From Terriglobia bacterium (GTDB lineage: Bacteria; Acidobacteriota; Terriglobia; Acidiferrales; UBA7541): a stretch of 64,000 nt of DNA. A program made the translations under genes and the position numbers. Numbering within the stretch: position 1 is the stretch's first letter; every line of letters starts with the position of its first letter. The notes beneath the pieces were generated by a model. It was not told where the DNA came from. It did no database searches and was given only the letters and a program-made list of their open reading frames with translations. The DNA is taken from assembly GCA_963695545.1 (NCBI GenBank), contig OY968796.1, positions 1,792,001-1,856,000 of the forward strand, in the 5' to 3' direction. Shown piece by piece: positions 38,404-46,702 of the stretch.

Positions 38404-38448
38404 CCAACCTCCTCCCTCGTTGCGACTCCAGTTGCAACTGAGTTACAA
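38365..38448. promoter_or_regulatory. Autoregulatory Fur-family boxes (38368-38384; 38420-38448)
   Basis: TAGTTGCGACTCGTTCGCAATTA inside the 5' CDS; TTGCGACTCCAGTTGCAACTGAGTTACAA upstream of the RBS. Confidence 0.7.
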
Positions 38449-38612
38449 GTGAAGGACCATTGAACTGGATTTGCGATGCGCTGTCAAGCGAAACGTGGAA
38501 CCTGCCTGTGAAAACCGCCGACCCGTTCGGAGTCAACGCCAGCTACCGGCTCCCAGCAGGCATGCAGGCCGCCACCGGCGAGCGGGGCGAACGGCCGAAC
38601 GCGTGCCTGAAG

Positions 38613-38647
38613 AAAAAGGCCGCCCGACGTCGAAACGCCGGGCGGCC
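38613..38647 (-). terminator. Rho-independent terminator after the second receptor gene
   Basis: GGCCGCCCGGCGT-TTCG-ACGTCGGGCGGCC followed by TTTTT on the minus strand. Confidence 0.85.
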
Positions 38648-38691
38648 GTGGTAACTAATCGGCGGAGGCCGATTGGTTTTTTCTGTGCCGG

Positions 38692-41600
38692 CTAGAACGC
38701 GATTCGCCCGCCAATCTGGATGACCCTGGGCGTATTGGCCTGGCTGGTGATGGTGCCGAATGCCGATGAAGTTGGGGTGACATTCGGGCTGCCGAATTGC
38801 ACGCGGTTGAGCGCGTTGAAGGCATCCAGGCGCAGCTGGAGGTTTACGCGCTCGCCAAAAGTGAAGCTCTTGAATGCGGACAAATCGGCGTTGTTGGTAT
38901 TTTGCTCGCGCAAGAACAACGACGGGAACGTGCGGTAGTCGCTGCCGTTGGGTTGGTCTGCCGTCACTTTGTCGAAGGCCGCAGTATTGAATGCGGCCGC
39001 GGGGTTCCCAGGATCCTGCTCGAGCGGCTGGCCCGCGATCTGGATCACGTTGCCCCAACTGTCCATCGCGCCGGATTCCCAGGTATAGATGCAACTGATC
39101 GACCAGCCGCCAACGAGAGCATCCAGACCTTTGTTGATGCCGCCACCGAACCTGCGCCCTCGACCGAACGGGAAAGCGTAAGCTCCGGTAATATCGAAAT
39201 GGATCGGAAAGTCGGAACTCGTCTCTCCGTACCACAGCGGTCCGCCGGCATTTAATTGTGTACTGGCCTCGAGTTGGCGTGACCATTCAAAGTTTGCGTT
39301 GAATTGCAGACCATCCGAGAGGCGCTGGGTTATGCGAGCCGCGAGCATGTCGTAGTTCGCATAGCCGATCGGGTCCAATTGCTCGCTGACGCTGGAAAAC
39401 TCCGAGTACGCGCCGAGCAACGCTCCAACAGTGGTCGAGTTGGTATACGGCGTTCCGTTGTTAGCGATCCCTTTGTAGGGGCTCAGCGCAATGGTCCTGG
39501 TCAGCGCGGAGGTAAGACAAGCGTTTACGGTCTCGACCGCTCCACACGCGGTCGTCGTCGCCCCGGGAACGTTGGTGCCACTGGGGTACTGGATCAAATC
39601 CTGATATGGCAGCGCGCTGAGGCTGTTGTTGATCGAAAGATTGATTTGGCGTGCGCCAACATACCCGAGGTCGAACATCGTGTTCTTGCCCAGTTGCTCT
39701 TCGATGTCCAAGCTCCAGCGGTCGCTGTGTGCCGCTTTGACATTCGGATCGTAAAACTGGATGGCCGAGTTCAAGGCAGTATTGATTCCCAATCCGTTTC
39801 CGGTGGGCTCTAAAAGCGGGTTGGTCGAGGGGAACGGGTTGTCTATCGTGGCGGCCGGAGTCAGATAGCCATTGGTCGTCGGCACCACGGCATTGGCTTC
39901 CTGGTAGCCAAAGCCCATGTTGATGTCCGTGTTTGAGTAATAGGCGTTGAACGGATTGTAGAAGATGCCGAAGCCGGCACGGACGACGGTTTTGCCGTGG
40001 AACATGCCCGGCGACCATGCCACACCGATACGCGGACTCCAGTAAGCCGTCTGTGTTTGATATCCGTTCCTGGCCGACGGGCTAGCGAAGATCACTCCCC
40101 CGGTCGGCAGAAAGCTCGATGGCGCAGGGAGCAGCGGATTCACCTGTATCGTCCCGGTCGGGCCGTACTCCGCGTAAACGGTCGCGTAGGCCGCCTCTGC
40201 CGGATTGGTCACCTCATTCGTCGCGGTGGAATTAAACCCGATAATCTGGCGATTGCGGGCCTCGGCGGGCGGCGTTTCATGTTCGGCGCGCAGTCCCAGC
40301 GTTAGCGTCAAGTTCTGTTTGATGTGCCAATTGTCCTGCGCGTAGCCGCCGAAATACCAATTCTGGTTCACTGTCGGCGCGTTGATGTCGTACTCGTTGG
40401 TGGCCGCGCCGTCAGGAAGCCCCAGAAGAAGTTCGGCGAGTCCCGATCCGAATGTCGGACCATTCCCGCTGGAGGTTGCGCTCACCCAGGAATTGGCGCC
40501 GGAAGTTCCATTGAAACTGTAGCTTCCTGTGGCGTCACCCGGACTGATGCCGGCATATTTGTTCACGCGAATATCTGGGCCGATCTCGATCGTGTGCCGG
40601 CCCCAGACCTTGGTCAGCTCGGAAAAAAACTGGAGGTTAGTGAATCCGGTGATCGTGCCGCCCTTGGCGCCGAGGGTCTGGAATCCATTCACGTTGAATA
40701 TAGGCAGGTCCAAGTAATTCGCGCTGCCGGCGACGTTCGCGGCCATGCCCAATTCGGTGCTGGGATTGAATCCGGTGCTTGGCAGAGCGCTGCTCAGAAG
40801 GCTGCGGTCGACGCCGAAGCGCACATCAAGAGAAAGCGTGGGCGAAAACGTCTGCACATCGTCGAACGTTCCGCCCCAGTATCCCGTAAGGCTTGACGAT
40901 CCTGTGGCAATGTTGTTGAACAGGTTGCCGCTCGCGCTCACCACGTGGCTCTGATGTATCTCGAAGAACGCCAGATTGTTCTGGCTGATGTTGATGTCCA
41001 GACGCCCCTCGTTCGAGTAATAGTCGTCCGTGCTGGGATCGTTCGAGAAATAATTGTTCGCTCCGTCCGCCGCGGTAGTCGCTGAGTAGTTTGGCAGGGG
41101 ATACAATTGCAGCACCTTCAAAGCGACCGCATCGAGGGGCAATCCGGCGCCTGTCACCGAGCCCGCCGGTCCGTAGGTGTCGGCATCGGCGTTCGTAGCG
41201 GTCAGAATGTTATGAGGAATCGCCGTTCGCGTCACCACCCCGCCGCTCGTTGTGGCCAAATAAGGGTTGTACAGTTGATAGGAAGACCCCAAAGCCAGCA
41301 GCGCGGAAAAATCTCCGGTCCTCTCGAGCGCCGTCGGCACGGTCGTAATCTTTGAAGTGGGCAGGGAATCCTTGAAGCCTTCGTAGGCGTAGAAGAAGAA
41401 TATTTTATTCCTTCCATTGAATAACTTGGGAATCAGCACCGGGCCGCCAATGGTTCCCCCATATTGGTTCCAATGCGTGGCCGGCGCGTGCGTGGTGACG
41501 GGGTTGAAAAACAGACGCGCGGAAGGAACCGGGCTCTCGTTGAATTCCGAAAGAGTCCCGTGGAAATCGTTGGTTCCGCTCTTGGTGGTGATGTTCACGG

Positions 41601-42318
41601 TGCCGTTTGAGGTGTCGCCGTACACCGCGCTGCCTTGAAAGTCGTCTACGGAAATTTCCCTGACGGCGTCCATTTCCGGACTGAAACCGGACACGCGGCT
41701 ATTGTCCTGCATGTTCGGCACGCCATTCAGCAGCACTTCATTCGATTGCGAATTACCGCCGCCCGACGCGAAGTCGCTGCTGCCCGAGTTATCGAAGGGG
41801 CGCGCTTCGGTCAAGGAGTGCTTTTCCTTCGGTATCACGCCGTATTCATCCCGCACCAGGCCGATCGGAGATCGACCGTTGCTTGGCAAATCCTCCACTT
41901 CGCTGGTCGTCAGCACCTGTCCTACGCTGGCGGTTTGCGTATCGATCAGCGCGGAATCCGCCGTCACCTGGATCGTTTGCGAAGTGCCGCCCACCTGGAG
42001 AGTGATGTTCTCCGTGGCGTTCTGTTGGGTCACCAAGTTGATGCCGGTGTGATCGTACTTCTCAAAGCCGGACGCTTCGGCGCTGATTTCGTAAGTTCCG
42101 GGCTCCAAGAACGGGACCGTATAAAAACCGTCGCCTCCGGTTTTGGTATCCGTGTGCGCCCCGGTGCCCATATTCGTCACCGTCACCGTCACGTTTGCCA
42201 TCGCCCCGCCTTGCTGGTCCAACACACGCCCCGCCAAAGACGCGCGAGACTCCTGCGCATGCGCCAAGCCCGCTGCGCCGATCAAAAGGGTAAGCAACAC
42301 GGCTAACCGTTTCATCAT
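38692..42318 (-). CDS. TonB-dependent receptor, Oar-like (candidate glycan importer)
   Basis: Signal peptide AHA|Q; GRVLDQQG, LPSNGR, TKSGTNDFHG, SPRIGVAW and AFNALN motifs; terminal Phe; GGAGG RBS. Confidence 0.94.
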   Translation of the reverse strand: MMKRLAVLLTLLIGAAGLAHAQESRASLAGRVLDQQGGAMANVTVTVTNMGTGAHTDTKTGGDGFYTVPFLEPGTYEISAEASGFEKYDHTGINLVTQQNATENITLQVGGTSQTIQVTADSALIDTQTASVGQVLTTSEVEDLPSNGRSPIGLVRDEYGVIPKEKHSLTEARPFDNSGSSDFASGGGNSQSNEVLLNGVPNMQDNSRVSGFSPEMDAVREISVDDFQGSAVYGDTSNGTVNITTKSGTNDFHGTLSEFNESPVPSARLFFNPVTTHAPATHWNQYGGTIGGPVLIPKLFNGRNKIFFFYAYEGFKDSLPTSKITTVPTALERTGDFSALLALGSSYQLYNPYLATTSGGVVTRTAIPHNILTATNADADTYGPAGSVTGAGLPLDAVALKVLQLYPLPNYSATTAADGANNYFSNDPSTDDYYSNEGRLDINISQNNLAFFEIHQSHVVSASGNLFNNIATGSSSLTGYWGGTFDDVQTFSPTLSLDVRFGVDRSLLSSALPSTGFNPSTELGMAANVAGSANYLDLPIFNVNGFQTLGAKGGTITGFTNLQFFSELTKVWGRHTIEIGPDIRVNKYAGISPGDATGSYSFNGTSGANSWVSATSSGNGPTFGSGLAELLLGLPDGAATNEYDINAPTVNQNWYFGGYAQDNWHIKQNLTLTLGLRAEHETPPAEARNRQIIGFNSTATNEVTNPAEAAYATVYAEYGPTGTIQVNPLLPAPSSFLPTGGVIFASPSARNGYQTQTAYWSPRIGVAWSPGMFHGKTVVRAGFGIFYNPFNAYYSNTDINMGFGYQEANAVVPTTNGYLTPAATIDNPFPSTNPLLEPTGNGLGINTALNSAIQFYDPNVKAAHSDRWSLDIEEQLGKNTMFDLGYVGARQINLSINNSLSALPYQDLIQYPSGTNVPGATTTACGAVETVNACLTSALTRTIALSPYKGIANNGTPYTNSTTVGALLGAYSEFSSVSEQLDPIGYANYDMLAARITQRLSDGLQFNANFEWSRQLEASTQLNAGGPLWYGETSSDFPIHFDITGAYAFPFGRGRRFGGGINKGLDALVGGWSISCIYTWESGAMDSWGNVIQIAGQPLEQDPGNPAAAFNTAAFDKVTADQPNGSDYRTFPSLFLREQNTNNADLSAFKSFTFGERVNLQLRLDAFNALNRVQFGSPNVTPTSSAFGTITSQANTPRVIQIGGRIAF

Positions 42319-42425
42319 GCCTCCTCCGATTTTCTCAACCTGTCCCCGTGAGCGATCGCGCGCGTTTCAGTCAGTGAGAAGCAAGGTCCCAGCGTCACGA
42401 CCCTGTGGGAACACCCCGGACGCGC

Positions 42426-42455
42426 AAACTAGCAAATAAAACAGTTTAATGTCAA
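42426..42455 (-). promoter_or_regulatory. Candidate sigma70 promoter TTGACA-18-TAGTTT for the receptor gene
   Basis: Perfect -35 box and TG-extended -10, ~110 bp upstream of the start. Confidence 0.45.
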
Positions 42456-42885
42456 TAGAAATTGCGGACCATAATGTGAAATCAAATCGAGTATAAGGAA
42501 ACGTACCTCCGACCGGCCCAGCCCGTCACTTCTCGCCGTTTTGGGCGCAGTTTCCGTCGCCATCCAAGCCGCAGCCGCTCTCTTTTTCGGCCGCGCGGCG
42601 CGCAATCTATGTCCTTCGCGTCGTTGCTGTCAATCGGAAGTGTGTTCCTCTATTGAAGTTAGGGCGGCCCGATTTTGGCCCGGTGGCCCGAGACATTTCA
42701 ATTGTCAAAACGGAAATGCGGGGTGATAAAGCGTTCCGGCATTCAGATTGGAATATGGGCCACCTGCGATGGTCGCTCAATCCGTCGGCCGCGCTGATCT
42801 TTCCGCTGGCCTCGCTCTCCGTTGCTGCGCAATTCCCGCTCGCCGCCTTCGAAAAACTCCGCTCCATCCACTCCATTGATGTCGT

Positions 42886-43220
42886 TTCGAATACTTATTT
42901 ATTTGTTGACAACAATTCGTGCTTCTGATATTCTCGTACGTGTTCGCCGCCAACCAATTCGAATGGTCCGCCGCTTTTCCTCCCGTGCGCCTCGCGTTTC
43001 AGTTCGCCCCCGGGTGTGGTGACACTCAATCGTCTTTTCGCGCCCCAACAACCCTTTTATTTTCAAATCGATCCGCACTCTTTCAAAAGAGTGCGCAACT
43101 CATTCATAAAAAACATTTTGAATGCCCTTTCTTTTCACACTCATCCGCACTCTTCTCCTGGAAGTCTTTTGTTTCTATGCTCTTAAGCAAAACATACCCG
43201 GGGTATATATAGGCCCTTTC
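42886..43220 (+). repeat. Dispersed ~335-bp element, copy 2
   Basis: Aligns with 18837-19182; contains TTGACA-17-TATTCT (42906-42934) and an open frame 42940-43212. Confidence 0.9.
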
Positions 43221-43345
43221 CGGCCTTCACCAGTTTTCAACGACTTACGGCCTCGCGCTTTTCCAAAACTCTCGAAATCCCCTGGCCGCGGCGAAAGGTG
43301 GTACGCTCGCAAACTTCTGAGCGACACGATTTGTCTCCAGCGAAG

Positions 43346-45670
43346 ATGATCATGAAAAGCGCGCCAGCCAAAATAATGACCAACGCAAACGCTTGGACGA
43401 TCTTGTGCGCAGCTCTTCTCGCGGTGGGCTGCGCTCTTTCCGCCGCGACGCCACAGGCCAGCGGCCCCGATCTCGAATGGGCGAATTCCATCGGCATGCA
43501 GATGGAGCGCATTCCTGCCGGCTCGTTCATGATGGGCGCGGACGCCGCGCCGCTGCCGAAATCGCTGACCGCGGGCATTCCCGGCGTGATGTCCGATCGT
43601 CCAGCACAAGGCGATTTCGATGAAGCTCCCGCGCATCGCGTCGCCATCACGCACGAATTTTCCATTGGCGCATCCGAAGTTACGATCGCGCAATACCAGC
43701 AGTTCGATCCGCAATACCAGCCGAATCCTGCCTACGCTCCGTATGTCTCCGGCGTCAGTTGGGTCCAGGCGCGGGCATTCTGCGCGTGGCTCAGCAAGAA
43801 AGAAGGCCAACCGTATCGCCTGCCCACCGAAGCCGAGTGGGAATATGTTGCGCGCGCGGGATCGACAACGCCCTTTCCTTCCGGCGATACGCAGCCCAAA
43901 CCGGAGGAGGCCAACGCCTGGGGCGTGCGCAACGTGAACACCGGCGTAGCCGAGTGGGTCGAGGATTGGTATGGGCCATATCACCCGGATGCGCAAGTTG
44001 ATCCGGTCGGGCCCGTCGCGGGTTATGCGCGCGTGGTTCGCGGCGGCGGATTGGACTCTCGTGAGAATAAATTAGGGGAGACGCTGCCTGCGCTCGCTCC
44101 CTACTTTGCGCGCTCGGCCAATCGCGCAAGCATGGCTGCCGATTTCGTTCCGCGCGGCGGAGGGAATATCGGCTTTCGCGTTGTGCAAGCACCGGTACCT
44201 GCGACGCAGCCTTTGCCCGAACATATCTTCATCTTCCAGACCGCCGTGAAGCAGACTGCAGACGATTTAGAGGACGGCCCCGATCCCGCAAAGCCCTATT
44301 TCCTCACGCACGTTCTGTTTCCCGATTTGCAGGGACGCTCCATGCCGGAGGTTGGCTGGCGGCTCGGTCTGGCGCGCGGCCTCGGCGTGCAGTATCACAA
44401 CAGCGCCGTGCAGGAACTTCCCAACGGCGACATGTTGGCCGCGTATTACAACGCGCCTGTCGATGAGGACGATCCCGACCAAACAATCTTGATCATGCGC
44501 CGCCGCCGCGGCAGCGAAGATTGGGACATGCCCGAGCCATGGCCCTATTTCGCGGACGCCGCCAATGCCGCGCCGGTGATCTGGAACGATCACGGCCGCG
44601 TGTGGTTCTTCTGGGGCCAGCCGCATTTAATTGGAGCCTATCCGTTTGCGTACACCACGTCGCTCGACAACGGCGTCACTTGGTCGGCGGTTCAATTTCC
44701 AAATCTCGTGGGGCCGGTGGGACGCTACATTTCGCAGCCGATCAACAGCATAGTGCGCGCCGCGGATGGAACGATCTATCTGCCCACCGACGCCACGGGA
44801 AAAGGCGCGATGTCCGCGATTTGGGCCACGCACGACGACGGAAAAACCTGGTTTGACACCGGCGGACGAACCGCCGGCCGCCACACCACGCTAGTGCTCA
44901 GCAACGAAGGTAACCTGCTCGGCTTTGGCGGGAAAAACTCCGATATCGATGGCCGCATGCCGCTCGCCATCAGCGCCGATGGAGGCAAGACCTACGACGT
45001 CGTGAAAACTCCATTCGATCCGCTTGATAGCGGCGAGCGGCCCAGCGTGATTCGACTGGCATCCGGAAAACTTTTCTTCGTGGCCGATTACAATCCGAAT
45101 CACAGCAAGCATGTGCACACCGACGGCGCCTATGTGGCGCTCAGCAGCGACGACGGCAAAACCTGGCTGATGAAGCGCCTGCCGGAAGTTCTCACCGTCG
45201 GATACGTGACGGCGACGCAAGGAAAAAACGGGATCATCCACATCGTAACTTCCAAGAATCATCCCAACTATGAAATTGAGCTGAACGAAGCCTGGATCCT
45301 GGATGCCGCCGCCGATGCCACGGCCACCACTCCGGCCACCAGCATCGACCACGTTTCGCGTCACGAAGAACGCTACGCCGACGGCACGCCTAAGGCTGTC
45401 TGGAGCGAAGGGCGCGCAAACAACGGAGAAATACTGCTGGAGGGCAGCGAAACCTTCTACTTTCCCGATGGCCGTGTGCAGTGGAGTTTGAACTATCACC
45501 TGGGACGAAAAACCGGCGTCGAACGCCTATTACGCGAAAACGGCACGAAAAAATGGGAGAAAATCTACGGACCGAACGGCACCTGGACGTGGAGCGAGTT
45601 TGACGAAGCCGGCCAAAAAACGGCCGAGTCGCAGTGGAATGGTAAAGCGCTGGTGGACGTAAAGTTCTGA
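43346..45670 (+). CDS. Secreted FGE-sulfatase(SUMF1)-like + BNR/sialidase-like propeller + MORN-like tail protein
   Basis: NSIGM..IPAGSF.MG, YRLPTEAEWEYVARAG and NIGFRVV motifs; four Asp-boxes; start uncertain (43346/43352/43376). Confidence 0.85.
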   Translation: MIMKSAPAKIMTNANAWTILCAALLAVGCALSAATPQASGPDLEWANSIGMQMERIPAGSFMMGADAAPLPKSLTAGIPGVMSDRPAQGDFDEAPAHRVAITHEFSIGASEVTIAQYQQFDPQYQPNPAYAPYVSGVSWVQARAFCAWLSKKEGQPYRLPTEAEWEYVARAGSTTPFPSGDTQPKPEEANAWGVRNVNTGVAEWVEDWYGPYHPDAQVDPVGPVAGYARVVRGGGLDSRENKLGETLPALAPYFARSANRASMAADFVPRGGGNIGFRVVQAPVPATQPLPEHIFIFQTAVKQTADDLEDGPDPAKPYFLTHVLFPDLQGRSMPEVGWRLGLARGLGVQYHNSAVQELPNGDMLAAYYNAPVDEDDPDQTILIMRRRRGSEDWDMPEPWPYFADAANAAPVIWNDHGRVWFFWGQPHLIGAYPFAYTTSLDNGVTWSAVQFPNLVGPVGRYISQPINSIVRAADGTIYLPTDATGKGAMSAIWATHDDGKTWFDTGGRTAGRHTTLVLSNEGNLLGFGGKNSDIDGRMPLAISADGGKTYDVVKTPFDPLDSGERPSVIRLASGKLFFVADYNPNHSKHVHTDGAYVALSSDDGKTWLMKRLPEVLTVGYVTATQGKNGIIHIVTSKNHPNYEIELNEAWILDAAADATATTPATSIDHVSRHEERYADGTPKAVWSEGRANNGEILLEGSETFYFPDGRVQWSLNYHLGRKTGVERLLRENGTKKWEKIYGPNGTWTWSEFDEAGQKTAESQWNGKALVDVKF

Positions 45671-45708
45671 CGCATTTTCATCGCGGGCGTAGTCGCTGCG
45701 GAAGAGGG

Positions 45709-46689
45709 ATGCTCGAAATGTTCCGGCGGAGAATCAAATACGCGCTCGCGGGAATCTGTTTCTTGCTTGTGGCGCAAACCGCGCTCGCGAATGACGCTTA
45801 TCTGTTTGCGTATTTCAAGGAGCCCGGCGATCAGGGAATTTATCTCGCCCTCAGCCGTGATGGATATCACTGGACTCCGCTGAACGATGGGCAGCCGTGG
45901 GTGAAGCCCGACCAAGGCGGAGAATTGATGCGCGACGTTTTCCTCACGCGTGGCCCGGACCATCGCTTCCGCATGGTGTGGACTTGGGGTTGGCACGGCA
46001 CTTCACTCGGCTATGCGGAGTCGCCCGATTTATTGCGTTGGTCGGCGCAAAAACAAATTCCGGTCATGCAGGACGTTCCCGGCACTAGCAACGTTTGGGC
46101 GCCGGAGACCTACTGGGACAGCCACGCGAAGCAATGGTTGATCGTGTGGTCCAGCAGCGTCGGCGATCCGGGTCCTGGCAATCGCATCTATTCCGCGCTC
46201 ACGCCGGACTTCAACACATTTTCCAAGCCGTCGGTCTTCTTCGATCCCGGCTACGTGGTGATCGATGCCACGATTTTTCACGGTCGCGGCCAGTACTATT
46301 TTATTTTCAAAGATCAGACGCCCGATCCGCTGCGTTACCAGATTCGCTACGCCACAGGACCAACCGTCGAAGGGCCCTGGTCCAATATTCATGAACCGAT
46401 CACCGAGTCCTGGTCCGAGGGACCGTCGGCGATTCACGTCGGCGATGAATACATCGTGTATTACGATCATTACCGCTTCCCGCGCCGGCAATACGAAGGC
46501 GTTGCCAGCAAGGATTGGGTGCACTGGAAGAGCGTCGACGATCAAATCAGTTTTCCCGAGAATTGCAAGCACGGCAGCTTCCTCAAAATTACGGAAAAGG
46601 AGGCCGATCGCCTCGCGGCGTATCACCCTGCGGCGGCATCTCCGGCGCCAACGCCGTCAGCGGCGTCGCCGAACGCGCCGCAACGATGA
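45709..46689 (+). CDS. GH43-family glycoside hydrolase, secreted
   Basis: YLFAYF, LMRD, NVWAPE, VIDATI, FKD, EGP and HGSF five-blade propeller motifs. Confidence 0.88.
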   Translation: MLEMFRRRIKYALAGICFLLVAQTALANDAYLFAYFKEPGDQGIYLALSRDGYHWTPLNDGQPWVKPDQGGELMRDVFLTRGPDHRFRMVWTWGWHGTSLGYAESPDLLRWSAQKQIPVMQDVPGTSNVWAPETYWDSHAKQWLIVWSSSVGDPGPGNRIYSALTPDFNTFSKPSVFFDPGYVVIDATIFHGRGQYYFIFKDQTPDPLRYQIRYATGPTVEGPWSNIHEPITESWSEGPSAIHVGDEYIVYYDHYRFPRRQYEGVASKDWVHWKSVDDQISFPENCKHGSFLKITEKEADRLAAYHPAAASPAPTPSAASPNAPQR

Positions 46690-46702
46690 GTGTTTGTTTT
46701 AT

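Noticed and set aside
42607..42928. Short ORFs on both strands upstream of element copy 2
   Set aside because: No RBS, motif or compositional support.
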